Assembly (NCBI GenBank): GCA_963845515.1
Contig: CAWJSR010000031.1
Span: forward strand, 25,659 to 89,658
Direction of reading: 5' to 3'
DNA from: an uncultured delta proteobacterium
GTDB taxonomy: Bacteria; Myxococcota; Myxococcia; Myxococcales; Anaeromyxobacteraceae
DNA: 64,000 nt
Translations under genes and position numbers: made by a program
In this document: positions 32,475 through 41,951 of the stretch, piece by piece
How the letters are laid out: each line of letters starts with the position of its first letter
Position numbering within the stretch: position 1 is the stretch's first letter
The notes under the pieces: generated by a model
What the model was told of the DNA's origin: nothing
Databases searched by the model: none
The model's input: only the letters and a program-made list of their open reading frames with translations

Positions 32475-33007
32475 GGCCGCTCCTCCTCCACCGCGAGCTC
32501 CTCGCGCAGGGCGACGAGCGCCCTGTGCAGGTGGGTCTTGGCCGTCCCACGCCCCACGTCGAGCGCGTCGGCGACCTCGTCCAGCGCCAGCCCCTCCACG
32601 TACCGGAGGGTGAACGCCGCCACCTGGCGTGCCGGGAGGCGCGAGAGCGCCGCGGCGACCCTCGCGAGCCGCTGGTCGCGGGCCAGCCGCGCGTCGGGCG
32701 ACGCGGAGTGCTCAACGGGGTCGAGCGGCTGGACCCCCGCGCCGAAGACCTCCCGCAGCCGCTTCCAGAGCCGGCGGCGCCGGAGTTGGTTGAGGGCGCG
32801 GGTAACGAGGATCCTGCGCAGCCAGCCGCCAGCCGCGCTCGGGTCCCGGAGGCTGTCGAGCCGCTCCCACGCGTCGGCCAGGGCGGACTGGACCAGGTCG
32901 CGCGCGTCGTCCGGATCGCGGAGCAGGCGGCAGGCGATCCGGAGCAGCATCGGCTGCTCGGCCGCGACGAGCCGGCCGAAGTCGACCCTCGCCCCGCTCT
33001 CCTCCAC
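32471..33007 (-). CDS. ECF RNA polymerase sigma factor
   Basis: DARDLVQSAL, GWLRRIL, LSRLPARQ...FTLRYVEGL..DEVA...TAKTHLHRA; RBS before GTG 33007. Confidence 0.9.
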   Translation of the reverse strand: MEESGARVDFGRLVAAEQPMLLRIACRLLRDPDDARDLVQSALADAWERLDSLRDPSAAGGWLRRILVTRALNQLRRRRLWKRLREVFGAGVQPLDPVEHSASPDARLARDQRLARVAAALSRLPARQVAAFTLRYVEGLALDEVADALDVGRGTAKTHLHRALVALREELAVEEERP

Positions 33008-33074
33008 GCGCCCTCCCAGCTCGATCGTCGCCGCCGTCGTCACGTCCACCCTCAGCCCTATCACTACATGACAC

Positions 33075-33755
33075 TCATGGCGCGCCCCGGGTATACGCCT
33101 CCGCCGGCAGCGGTCGGACCACGACGCCCTCGGCCAGGGAGGGATCGTCGAAGCGGATCGTGATCTCGGCCGCGTCGCGCAGCAGGTCGAGCCGCGCGAC
33201 GTGCACGCCGTGGACGCGGAGCCCCGTCCGCGCGCCGAGATCGGCGTAGAGCTCCTGCTCGCGCCCTGGCGCGAGCAGCGCGATCTGGTCATAGAGGACC
33301 TGGCGCGCGCCGCCTCGTCCCCCGAGCGGGAACGCCTCGAGGAGCACCGCGACGCCCACGACGGCGACGTCGGCGAGGAGCGACTCCGCGAGGCTCGTCC
33401 GCTTGTTGAAGCCGACCGAGCTGAGGATCGCCACCCCGATGGAGAGGAAGAGGTAGGTGAGGTCGCGGGTGCTCACCGGCTCGGTGCGGTACCGCAGGAT
33501 GCCGAACACCGCGAAGAGGCCGAGCGCGAAGCCGAGCTCGATGTTCACGTTCCGCAGCGTGAAGCAGAAGAGGAACGTGACGACGTTGATCGCCACGAGC
33601 GTGAAGACCCGGTCCCGGTCCGTGTCCGGCCGGCGCCGGAGGAAGGCGCCGAGGACGAGGACCGCGACCACCGTCAGGTCCAGGGCGAGCCGGGAGACGA
33701 GCTTGAGGAAGTCGGCCGCGTCGAGGAGCCTGTCTGCGCCGAAGAGCTCTGCCAT
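33075..33755 (-). CDS. DUF4956 membrane protein
   Basis: GFALGLFAVFGILRYRTEPVSTRDLTYLF. Confidence 0.9.
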   Translation of the reverse strand: MAELFGADRLLDAADFLKLVSRLALDLTVVAVLVLGAFLRRRPDTDRDRVFTLVAINVVTFLFCFTLRNVNIELGFALGLFAVFGILRYRTEPVSTRDLTYLFLSIGVAILSSVGFNKRTSLAESLLADVAVVGVAVLLEAFPLGGRGGARQVLYDQIALLAPGREQELYADLGARTGLRVHGVHVARLDLLRDAAEITIRFDDPSLAEGVVVRPLPAEAYTRGAP

Positions 33756-34555
33756 GTGTCGTGCCTCTCGATCTCGCGAAGCGTGGGGAGGATCCGGTTC
33801 CTGCGCACGCCGGGGGCAAGCAGCCCCATGGCGACGGCGTACTTGCTGAGCGACCCGGTGCGCGCGCCGGCACGGCGCAGCGCCAGCACGGCCGGGCTGC
33901 GGAGGTCGAGGCGCGGCTGCTTCACCTCGACGATGGCGAGCCCGCCGAGGACGCGGGTCAGGGGTGGACGATCGAGCCGGAGGTCGAGGTCCACGGTGAC
34001 GCGGTCGTCCGACGCGAGCCCCACGAGCGTGATCCGCCGGTAGCGGGTCCACGCCTGCGGCCGCAGGTCCCGCCCAGGCCAGCCGGTGACTCCGAGGGCC
34101 CAGGCGGTCTCCTCGTCCGAGAGGGCGGCTTCGCGGAACGGGTGCGGGCGGCGCGCCTTCTCGGTCCTCCCGCGGTGGGTCCTGGACTTCACCTCCAGGT
34201 AGCTCACCCCGCGGTCCGGGTAGTGGCGCACGCGGACCTTGTGCCGTGGCGATCGGCCCCGCACGTGGTCGTCATAGCCGCGCAGATCCGGCAGGTCGTA
34301 GTAGAGCGTCTCGTACCTGGCGACGCGCTCGCCGCCGGCGAGGACCACGCCGTGGTCGCGCGAGAGGGCGCGCAGGGCGAGCGCCAGCGGCTCGAGGCCG
34401 ACGAGGAACTTGGTGTCCGCGCGCCCGAGGAGCGCCCGCCGCTCGAGCAACGACGCGTCCACCGGCGCGAAGCCCCCTACCAGCTCCCTCAGGAAATCGG
34501 GGACGCCCGGCGAGCGGGGCGAGGGGAGCGGCGCGGCCGTGAGCAGGGCAGTCAT
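33674..34555 (-). CDS. VTC / polyphosphate polymerase domain protein
   Basis: RADTKF, YETLYYD, KVRVRHY, YLEVKSR, RVTVD, IVEVK, SKY. Confidence 0.88.
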   Translation of the reverse strand: MTALLTAAPLPSPRSPGVPDFLRELVGGFAPVDASLLERRALLGRADTKFLVGLEPLALALRALSRDHGVVLAGGERVARYETLYYDLPDLRGYDDHVRGRSPRHKVRVRHYPDRGVSYLEVKSRTHRGRTEKARRPHPFREAALSDEETAWALGVTGWPGRDLRPQAWTRYRRITLVGLASDDRVTVDLDLRLDRPPLTRVLGGLAIVEVKQPRLDLRSPAVLALRRAGARTGSLSKYAVAMGLLAPGVRRNRILPTLREIERHDTWQSSSAQTGSSTRPTSSSSSPGSPWT

Positions 34556-35214
34556 GGCGCGAACTGGTACGAGATCCCCAGCACGTGGGCGGTCTCGTCC
34601 CCCGCGGCGAGCGGCTGCTCGAACAGGTACCGGAGCGAGAGCTCGTGCGCGCCCAGTTCCACGCTCACGCCGGCGCCAGCGCGCCACTTGTCGAGGAGGC
34701 TGTCCCGGTCCGCCAGCTTCAGGAACAGCTCTCCCGACCCTTCGACCGACACCCTGCGCCCCAGGGGCCACGCCAGCTCGAGCCGCTGGCGGGCACCGTG
34801 GGAGCGCTCCAGCTCACCGTCGGCGTCCCAGGGTCGCCCCCGCTTCTCCTCGAGCCGGAGCCGCAGCGAGAGGCGCAGCCGGTCGAGCTTCTTGCGAAGG
34901 GTGGCGTCGATCCAGCCCTCGTGCCACGCGTCCGCGTAGTCGGCCCCCTTCGTGAAATGAGGCTCGATCTCGTAGCGGTAGCCGAGCCGAAGCGAGAGCC
35001 ACCTCGCCGCCCGCCAGGAGCCCCAGGCCGACGGGCGGACGAGGTCGAGCTGGCTGGCGCCGTGGTCGAGCCGGAGCTCCTGGTCGAAGCCGAGCCGGAG
35101 CCCGTCCGAGACCTCCGCCGAGACGCCCGCCTCGCTCCAGAGCTGGAAGTCGGCGTGGGCGGGCGCCGCGAGGGTGCAGGCGGCGATGGCGATGGCGAGC
35201 CTTGCGCGCGACAT
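34552..35214 (-). CDS. DUF2490-like outer-membrane protein
   Basis: Signal peptide, DFQLWS, beta strands, HVLGISYQF; typical VTC/DUF4956 context. Confidence 0.7.
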   Translation of the reverse strand: MSRARLAIAIAACTLAAPAHADFQLWSEAGVSAEVSDGLRLGFDQELRLDHGASQLDLVRPSAWGSWRAARWLSLRLGYRYEIEPHFTKGADYADAWHEGWIDATLRKKLDRLRLSLRLRLEEKRGRPWDADGELERSHGARQRLELAWPLGRRVSVEGSGELFLKLADRDSLLDKWRAGAGVSVELGAHELSLRYLFEQPLAAGDETAHVLGISYQFAP

Positions 35215-35215
35215 G

Positions 35216-36574
35216 TCAGAGCCCCAGGGCCGCCCGGATGGCGAGGCGGCGGTTCGCGACGTGGTCGAGGAGGGAGGTCGGGCTCCCGGCGAGCGAGTCC
35301 ACGAAGGCTGCCGGGGCCGGGAGAAGGGTGTAGGGCCACGTCTCCACCGCCTCCGGTCCGACCACCCAGGGCGCGACCAGGTCGTGGGCGGCGACGAGCC
35401 TGGGGTCGAGCGCCGCCGACGAGAACGGCCCCTCGAGGACGGCGGTGAGCTCGTCGACGTACTCCTGCCGGTAGACGGGATCGTCGAGCAGCCAGCGGAT
35501 GAGCGGCCAGCGCTCCCCCACCTCGTCGAGCAGCACCGACTCCGGGAAGCACCCGGGCCGGCTCGCCGGGCGGATCGCCTCGTTGAGGTCCCACGGGATC
35601 CACGCGAGCCTGCCGCCCTGGTCCGGCTGGCCGTACAGGTAGTAGTTGTGGGCGATGCAGCCGTAGCCGTCCCAGTCGACCATCGCCTGGTTGACCGCGA
35701 GCGCGCGGAGGAAGCCCCGGACGTCGAAGGCCGCGTCGAGCCCGGCGCGCCACGCCGCGGCGTCGGTCCGGTCGGCGTGGAGCGCGCCGATGGCCGCCTC
35801 GACGTCCTCGAAGCCCGACGCCTCGTTCGTCTCCTTCTCGAAGCCTGCCGCGTCGAAGTGCGTCCAGTCGGCGCCCGTCCCCTCGGGCTTATAGAGGTTC
35901 GCGCCCGCGGCGCCCAGCCGCGCGCCGAGCATCGCGTCCGAGGGATCCTCGATGACGGTGAAGAGCCCCGCGTAGATGGGGCCGTCGCCGACGTCGAGGT
36001 AGACCGCCGCGAAGGCCCCGTACGCCGCCGGGACGCCCGCCGCGCGGAAGAGGTCTGCGGCGACCTTGTCGCGGACGAGCGAGGGGTCGCCGAACCCGTT
36101 GGAGAAGGTGAGGTCGTGGAAGCCGTTGAACCGCTGGTTCCGGATCTCAGGGTAGTCGTCCTCGAACCGGTCGAAGTCGAGCCGGAAGCCGAGCTTCCGC
36201 ACGCCACGCTGCCACGCGGTCATGAGCGAGGAGTTCCCCTTGAAGCGCATCCCGACGTGCCGCCAGGTGTGGCCGTCCTGGCCGATCTCCACGGGCGCCC
36301 AGGCCGGCTCCACGCCGGAGGTCGGCGTCATGGCCCCGGAGTCGATCTTCGTGGCGAGGTCGTCGAGCATGGCCCGGTACACCGAGGGCTCGATCACGAC
36401 GTCGTAACGGTGGACCACCGTGTCGTCGAACACGACCTCGTACGCCGGTGGAGCCGAGTCGCCGTGGGTGGCCTCGGTCCAGCCCGCGGGACGCTCTGGC
36501 TGGCAGCCGGCGCCGATCGCGAGGCAGGCCGTGATGAGCGTCACGCCTGCCGTCCTCCGCTTCCCTGCGTCCAT
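35216..36574 (-). CDS. CotH-family kinase lipoprotein
   Basis: Lipobox GAGC, VGMRFKGNSS, LYKP, DGY...HNYYLY, IPWDLNE. Confidence 0.9.
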   Translation of the reverse strand: MDAGKRRTAGVTLITACLAIGAGCQPERPAGWTEATHGDSAPPAYEVVFDDTVVHRYDVVIEPSVYRAMLDDLATKIDSGAMTPTSGVEPAWAPVEIGQDGHTWRHVGMRFKGNSSLMTAWQRGVRKLGFRLDFDRFEDDYPEIRNQRFNGFHDLTFSNGFGDPSLVRDKVAADLFRAAGVPAAYGAFAAVYLDVGDGPIYAGLFTVIEDPSDAMLGARLGAAGANLYKPEGTGADWTHFDAAGFEKETNEASGFEDVEAAIGALHADRTDAAAWRAGLDAAFDVRGFLRALAVNQAMVDWDGYGCIAHNYYLYGQPDQGGRLAWIPWDLNEAIRPASRPGCFPESVLLDEVGERWPLIRWLLDDPVYRQEYVDELTAVLEGPFSSAALDPRLVAAHDLVAPWVVGPEAVETWPYTLLPAPAAFVDSLAGSPTSLLDHVANRRLAIRAALGL

Positions 36575-36729
36575 GCCTCGCCCCTCCCCAGGTCGGATGT
36601 GGGCGCCGGTGCAGCGACGTGGGCGGTGGGCGACAGCCCCACCGCCGGTGTGAGCACGGGTGCCTCATGACGAGACACACGGGGAGGGAGGCGGGTAGAC
36701 GGGGGCGCGGAAGATTTGGGCCGCGCCCG

Positions 36730-37509
36730 TTAGCCCTTCAGGCGCGCCTGAACCTTGTCGGACGCGAGCTCGCGGAGCGCGTCGGTAGCCACCCAGCGGG
36801 CGCTGCGTGCCTTCGGGTCACCACCACGGTCCCCGCCTGCCCGCTTGTTCGCAGCGGCGCGGATCTTCTCGGCGCAGGCGATGGCGGCGCCGTTGAGCAG
36901 CCGGTTGCGCTTGCCGATGTTGCGCAGCGCCCAGTTGACCGCCTTCTTCACGAAGTTGCGCTCGTCGGACGCCGCGCGCTCGATGAGCGGCAGAAGCTTC
37001 GTGAAGGCCCGGTCGGTGGCCGCCTTGTCGTGGACGGCAAGACCGGCCATGAGGGCGAAGCCGGCGCGCTTCACCCACTCCTCGTCGCGCCCTGCCCACT
37101 CGACGGCCTTGGTCCACGCGTGCTTCGTCAGGTCGAAGAGGCTGGTCGTCGCCTGGTCGCAGAGGTCCCAGGAGTCGAAGTCGCGGACCCACGCCTCGAT
37201 CTGCTCCGCGGTGACCGCCTCTGGATCGTCGACGAAGCAGGCCAGCAGGCGCGCCTCGTGGTTCCCCGTCGCCCATAGCGCGAGCGCCAGCTCGTGGTCG
37301 GTGCCGAGCCGGCTCGCGACCTTGCGCAGCTCGTAGATGGACACGCCGAACGCGTTGTCGACGTTGATGCCGTAGCGCGCCATGCCCGCCCGGTCCCGCT
37401 CGCTGCCCATCGCGGCCAACTCAGCGAGGATGGCCGCCACCCTCGTGGCCTTGGCCGTCCCGCCTGCCCTACGGAGGTCCGCTGGAATGTCGATGCCGCG
37501 CCTGATCAT
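36730..37509 (-). CDS. DNA alkylation repair protein (AlkD-like)
   Basis: GMARYGI, FDSWDLCD, DERNFVKKAVNWALRNIGKR. Confidence 0.88.
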   Translation of the reverse strand: MIRRGIDIPADLRRAGGTAKATRVAAILAELAAMGSERDRAGMARYGINVDNAFGVSIYELRKVASRLGTDHELALALWATGNHEARLLACFVDDPEAVTAEQIEAWVRDFDSWDLCDQATTSLFDLTKHAWTKAVEWAGRDEEWVKRAGFALMAGLAVHDKAATDRAFTKLLPLIERAASDERNFVKKAVNWALRNIGKRNRLLNGAAIACAEKIRAAANKRAGGDRGGDPKARSARWVATDALRELASDKVQARLKG

Positions 37510-37510
37510 G

Positions 37511-37576
37511 TGTCCTTGTTAGCGCCATCGGCCGGCGAACGACCATATCCGCGGACTCGACCGACCCCAGAGGGAG
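37511..37576 (-). promoter_or_regulatory. Shared promoter/leader, copy 1
   Basis: About 80% identical over ~66 bp to 39970-40034; TATGGT -10-like hexamer and AAGGA RBS. Confidence 0.65.
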
Positions 37577-37633
37577 CGGTCGCAGGGGCACCGGTGACGC
37601 TGGGGCCCACGTGCCACCTCCCCGGAATGAGTT

Positions 37634-37702
37634 GCGGCGGCCCCCCTCTCGGAGAGCCGCCGCGGCGCTGGTGCTGCACCCGTCCCCGCGCCTCAAGCTG
37701 GA
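37634..37702 (-). ncRNA. Candidate sRNA/structured repeat, copy A (3' part)
   Basis: GACGGGTGCAGCACCAGCGCCGCGGCGGCTCTCCGAGAGGGGGGCCGCCGC shared with copies at 42021 and 43214. Confidence 0.45.
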
Positions 37703-37703
37703 T

Positions 37704-39131
37704 CTAGGGGTTGGTGATGCCGATGAGCGCGTGACCCGCGAGCACGGTGACCGGCTCGCCCACCGCCGGAGCCGCCGCGCCGCTGCGGAGGAAGCGGGTC
37801 TCGATCCGCGTCGCGCCGGACGACTGGAGGAAGGCGGAAGCAGCCGCCGGCACGGTGAGGGAGGTGGCTGAGAACCCGAGGCAGCGGATCAGGACGCCCT
37901 TCACCACGGGCAACGGCAGGTCGTGCGCCGCGCGCCCCGCCACGCCGGCGTCGGTGGTGCGGATCTCGAGGATCGTCGCGTCCCCGGTCCCGGCGCCGCA
38001 CTGGCCGGCCTCGCAGGAGAGCGTGAAGGCGCCCGCGTCGAGCGGAACGCTGGACAGGAGCGCGGTGGAGCTCGCGTCGAGCGCGAAGTCGTCCGCGACC
38101 GCGACCGTGGCTGCGAAGGCGTCGATCGCCTGCCCCTGATCGAGCGTGAAGGTGAGCGCGTCGTCGTCCTCGAGCAGCCCCGGATCGGCGAGCCCCGGGA
38201 TGGGCCCCACGCCGGCGAAGACGCCCCAGAACGCGCTCGCGGGGAGAGTCTCCGGCACGAAGGACGCGCTGACCGCGACGATCGTCGTCGAGCCGGCGAG
38301 GGAGACGATGGGGAAGAGGCCGTTGTTGGCGGCGTTCGTCGCGCCCTGGATGAAGACGTGGCGGCCGGCGTCCGCCGAGGAGAACGAGGCGTCCGCGTCG
38401 GAGAGCGAGAAGATCCCGGCGCCGGCGGACGCAATGGTGCCGCCGGTCCCGAAGCCGGAGACGCAGTGGTAGTCGCCGAAGGCGTCGGCGGTGCAGGGCG
38501 GGAGGAGGGGCGAGGAGTCGGCGGAGGTGATGACCAGCGGCCCCCGGTTCACGTTGCCCCACGTCGCCAGGACCTCCTCCTGGTTCAGCTCCCAGACCTT
38601 GCAGCCCGTGACCGAGCCCGGGGTCTCCTCGAAGACCGGGACGGGGCCGTTCAGGACGAAGGACGCCTCGACGCGGAGCCCCTGGCCCAGCTCCGGCAGC
38701 GACGGGTAGGAGACCTCGTGGACCATCAGCGTCCCGAGCGTCGCGGCGGGCGTGGTCGCGTCCACCGGAGCCGAGAAGGCGGTCGTGCCGGCGGGGCGCT
38801 CGGCGGCGACGCGGTAGAAGTACGTCGTGGACGGCGCGAGCCCCTCGTCGATCACCGACGCCACGTCGGCCGCCGTGATCGTCACCTCGACGAACGGGCC
38901 GGCGGCGCTCGGGCCCCGCTCGACGCGGAAGCCGGTCTCGTCGGTGAAGCCGTCGGTCCAGGAGATCCCGAGGCGGCTGCTGGTGAGCGGCGCGACCGCG
39001 AGGTCCGTGGGCCCCGGCACCTTCGCCACCGGATCATCGGAGCCACCCGCGCACGCGGCGAGCGCTGCCGACCCGAGCGCGACGAGGTACGGCAGACGGC
39101 GGAGGCGGCTCCGACGGTTCGCGACGGACAT
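37704..39131 (-). CDS. Fibronectin type III lipoprotein
   Basis: Lipobox LAAC; PTDL...ISWTD...ETGFRVER...DEGLAPSTTYFYRVAA Fn3 motif. Confidence 0.85.
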   Translation of the reverse strand: MSVANRRSRLRRLPYLVALGSAALAACAGGSDDPVAKVPGPTDLAVAPLTSSRLGISWTDGFTDETGFRVERGPSAAGPFVEVTITAADVASVIDEGLAPSTTYFYRVAAERPAGTTAFSAPVDATTPAATLGTLMVHEVSYPSLPELGQGLRVEASFVLNGPVPVFEETPGSVTGCKVWELNQEEVLATWGNVNRGPLVITSADSSPLLPPCTADAFGDYHCVSGFGTGGTIASAGAGIFSLSDADASFSSADAGRHVFIQGATNAANNGLFPIVSLAGSTTIVAVSASFVPETLPASAFWGVFAGVGPIPGLADPGLLEDDDALTFTLDQGQAIDAFAATVAVADDFALDASSTALLSSVPLDAGAFTLSCEAGQCGAGTGDATILEIRTTDAGVAGRAAHDLPLPVVKGVLIRCLGFSATSLTVPAAASAFLQSSGATRIETRFLRSGAAAPAVGEPVTVLAGHALIGITNP

Positions 39132-39223
39132 GGCTGCTCCAGGGCTTCACGAGGAGGGACCGCAAGGCGTGAGCTCCTTCGATAGCCCGGCTGCTCCATT
39201 CCGCCGCGCCCATTTGGGATGGG

Positions 39224-39967
39224 TTAGTTCGACGTCGCGTTGACGATCACGGGCAGCCGCCCCTTCCAGCGAGCCCACGCCTGCGGATCCGTGACCAGCT
39301 CGCACATGAAATGCGCGACGTTGGCCATGTTCGTGGCGCCGGGGGCGAAGAGGCTGTTCACGAGCCCTTCGTGCAGCGAGTACTCCGAGACGTCGCCTTC
39401 GAGGAGTGCGTCCGGACGGACCGCCGCCCACTGCACGTACGGGTGGCTCTTCCCGATGACGTCGTGGAGGAAGTTCGCGGCCTGCTGGTTGTCCCTGGCC
39501 GGCGGGAGCACGCCGCGGAGCAGCCACACGAGCGCCTTCTCGAGCGCCCCACGACGCGTGTCGACGCCGCCGGGGTGATTCACCGAGACGCTGCTCATGA
39601 GGACGAACTTGACCGGCTTCGCGGGGCGCAGCGCCTCGATCCCACGGCACAGCCTCGCCGTCGCCCGCGCGACGAGGTCGCGCGGCGGCCCGAAGACGCC
39701 GCCGAGGCTGATCACGTGACCGAGGCACGAGATGACTGCATCGCAGCCGCGCAGGTGGCGCTGCAGGTCCTCGTCGCTGAGGGACAGCAGGCTGGCCACG
39801 AGCACCGTCAGGCTGGGGTGATTCGCGGCGGTCGCCGGGAGCTTCGCTGCGGATCGCACGATGACGCGGACGCTCACCCCGCGGCCGAGGAGCTGCGCCA
39901 GGACGCGCTGGCCCGTGCGCCCGGTGGCGCCGAGGAGGAGGACGGTCTGCTGAGGGGATGTCGACAT
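39224..39967 (-). CDS. NAD(P)-binding atypical SDR oxidoreductase
   Basis: LLGATGRTG Rossmann motif, WAAVRPD. Confidence 0.85.
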   Translation of the reverse strand: MSTSPQQTVLLLGATGRTGQRVLAQLLGRGVSVRVIVRSAAKLPATAANHPSLTVLVASLLSLSDEDLQRHLRGCDAVISCLGHVISLGGVFGPPRDLVARATARLCRGIEALRPAKPVKFVLMSSVSVNHPGGVDTRRGALEKALVWLLRGVLPPARDNQQAANFLHDVIGKSHPYVQWAAVRPDALLEGDVSEYSLHEGLVNSLFAPGATNMANVAHFMCELVTDPQAWARWKGRLPVIVNATSN

Positions 39968-39969
39968 GC

Positions 39970-40034
39970 GTCCTTCGTAGCGCCATCGCCCGGCGGATCA
40001 CCATATCCGCCGGCCGACCCGACCCCAGAGGGAG
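39970..40034 (-). promoter_or_regulatory. Shared promoter/leader, copy 2
   Basis: Aligns to 37511-37576 (GTCCTT..TAGCGCCATCG.CCGGCG...ACCATATCCGC...CCGACCCCAGAGGGAG). Confidence 0.65.
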
Positions 40035-40127
40035 GCTCGAGGCCCCCAGAACCTCGACCGCTGCTCGATGTGATCCTTCGCCCAACCGATCGTTGCCGAT
40101 CATGGTTGGGCGCCGGATCCCCGCGGC

Positions 40128-41552
40128 TCAGAGTGTCGTCAGCGCAAACGTGGTCCTGGTGCCGGCGTCCCATCCGTCCCAGAGGAAGGCGTCCTGGCGC
40201 CCGTCGGCGATGATCCTGAAGGCGTAGCGGACCTGCTCCTCGTAGAGCTCGCAGAAGGCCCCCGGCCGGTTCATCCCGCCGTTCAGCTCGTGCGCCTCGG
40301 CGGGGCAGGGCGAACCGCAGAAGTGACGGATCGCGCAGCGGCGGCAAGGGTCGATCGCGTCGACGCTCCGGCCGGTGACCTCCCGGAACGGGCGGCTCAC
40401 GAGGACCTGCTCGACGTCGTCGCGGAAGAGGTTGCCGCCGTTGAACGCTTCGAGCCCGATGAACTCGCTGCAAGGGAACATGTCGCCACTGGGGGTCACG
40501 GCGAAGAAGGCCCTCCCCCCGCCGCACGGCGAGATGTCGCACATGAGGCGGCGCGCGGTGGGCGCGAGGATCGCGAGCAGGACGTTGGCGAAGTTCCCGA
40601 CGACGAGCTTCCGTCCGGTCTCCCGGTAGAGCTCGAACGAGCGCTCGATCGCGGCCAGGAACGCCTTCGCCGCCGTCGAGTCCTCGGGCTTGACCTCCCG
40701 GGACGGCGGCAGCGTGCAGCGCACGATGTTCATGAGGCAGGTCGGCACCTCGCGTCGGTGGAGGAACTCCACCATCTTCGTGAGTTGGCTCGTGTTCTCC
40801 CGCGTCACCGTGCAGATGACGCTCCAGGCGTCGTAGCCGCGCAGCCGGTCCATCGCGTCGAGCACGCTGGCGTGGACGCCCCGACCGCCCCAGTCCTTTC
40901 GCGTCCGGTCCGCGACGGCGCGGCTCGGCGCGTCGAGGGAGAGCCCGATGCTCACCTTGCGGTCGGCGAGGAACGCGAGCGCCGCGTCATCGAGGAGCGT
41001 GGCGTTGGTCTGGATGCCGAAGCGGAAGTGCTCGCCGAAGGCATCGATCCCGGCGAAGACAGCGTCCCGGTTCAGGAGCGGCTCGGCGCCGTGGAAGACG
41101 ATCTGCGGGCGCGTCCCGGCCGGAACGGTGCGCGCGAAGTAGGCCCGGAGCCGCTCGAGCGCGAGGAGCAGCCGATCGCGGGGCATCTGCTCGCCGCCGC
41201 TCCGCATGCCTGCGGGGATGTAGCAGTAGGAGCAGTCCAGGTTGCAGCGCTCCGTCGGGTTGAAATAGACCGCCGACGGCTTCAGCCCGAACCGCAGCAG
41301 CTCCATCTCCTGGCGGAAGGCGGCGGCCTTCTTGCGATAGGCCCGAAGGAGCGCGCCGTCGCCAAACGCGTCGGCGAGCCGATCGCGCGCGACGAGCGAC
41401 CAGAACGCCGTGTCGGGATCGACGACGGCGAGGTACTCCGGGTGCCCCACGTCGATCGGCTGCAGCGTGGGCCCCTCGCCGCTGTTGATGAAGCGGCCCC
41501 GCGAAGGGGCCGCGCTCCTGCTGGTGGTGGCCGGCGCTTCGGCGTCGCTCAC
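40128..41552 (-). CDS. cbpB: Peptide-modifying radical SAM/SPASM enzyme CbpB
   Basis: CNLDCSYC, FHGAEPL, SPASM CGGG..FPC..CRRC..CGSPC..C; N-terminal IDVGH..VDPDTAFWSLV; GTGA overlap with precursor. Confidence 0.85.
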   Translation of the reverse strand: MSDAEAPATTSRSAAPSRGRFINSGEGPTLQPIDVGHPEYLAVVDPDTAFWSLVARDRLADAFGDGALLRAYRKKAAAFRQEMELLRFGLKPSAVYFNPTERCNLDCSYCYIPAGMRSGGEQMPRDRLLLALERLRAYFARTVPAGTRPQIVFHGAEPLLNRDAVFAGIDAFGEHFRFGIQTNATLLDDAALAFLADRKVSIGLSLDAPSRAVADRTRKDWGGRGVHASVLDAMDRLRGYDAWSVICTVTRENTSQLTKMVEFLHRREVPTCLMNIVRCTLPPSREVKPEDSTAAKAFLAAIERSFELYRETGRKLVVGNFANVLLAILAPTARRLMCDISPCGGGRAFFAVTPSGDMFPCSEFIGLEAFNGGNLFRDDVEQVLVSRPFREVTGRSVDAIDPCRRCAIRHFCGSPCPAEAHELNGGMNRPGAFCELYEEQVRYAFRIIADGRQDAFLWDGWDAGTRTTFALTTL

Positions 41553-41686
41553 TTGGCCTGCTCGTTCATCAGGATGTAGTGCGAGAGCCCCGTCCCCTTC
41601 GCCCCGCAGCTCTTGCGACTCGCGATGACGCTCTTCTTCGCGACCTTCTTCTTGCCCGCAGCCTTCGTCTTGCTCGTAGTGCTCAC
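41549..41686 (-). CDS. cbpA: Modified peptide precursor CbpA (45 aa)
   Basis: Lys-rich leader then VIASRKSCGAKGTGLSHYILM. Confidence 0.85.
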   Translation of the reverse strand: MSTTSKTKAAGKKKVAKKSVIASRKSCGAKGTGLSHYILMNEQAK

Positions 41687-41718
41687 GTGGACCTCGCTCC
41701 AGAGAGGACCGAAGACGC

Positions 41719-41763
41719 GAAAAGGGCCCCGAAGGACCAGGATTGGTCCTGCGGAGCCCTTTG
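41719..41763 (-). terminator. Intrinsic terminator in riboswitch expression platform
   Basis: AAAGGGCTCCGCAGGACCA-ATCC-TGGTCCTTCGGGGCCCTTTT on minus strand. Confidence 0.65.
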
Positions 41764-41794
41764 CCATCGGACCCGTTCACCTTCTCGTGGTCTC

Positions 41795-41945
41795 AGCCCG
41801 TCTTCTGGCTCTCGGATCGTCCACCCGTCACGCCTTCCCCCCGTGGTGTTCGCGGGAGTGGCTGGCTTTGCGCCCAGTGACGCGTGTCCCCGAATACAGC
41901 GGCGGGACCGCCACGGATTCTCACCGTGTTCCGAAGCTGAAACCG
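41795..41945 (-). ncRNA. Cobalamin riboswitch
   Basis: Minus strand GGAACACGGTGAGAATCCGTGGCGGTCCCGCCGCTGTA ... GCCACT ... GGGAAGGC ... AGCCAGAAGAC (B12 box). Confidence 0.9.
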
Positions 41946-41951
41946 AGGGCG

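Noticed and set aside
37634..37702. Repeat as tRNA/tmRNA att site or group II intron domain V-VI
   Set aside because: No T-loop/CCA, no domain V catalytic triad and no RT gene; kept only as a candidate sRNA/repeat
40080..40111. attC-like hairpin GCCCAAC...GTTGGGC
   Set aside because: Core sites fit RYYYAAC/GTTRRRY, but 32 bp is too short and no integron integrase is present; more likely the cbpB terminator
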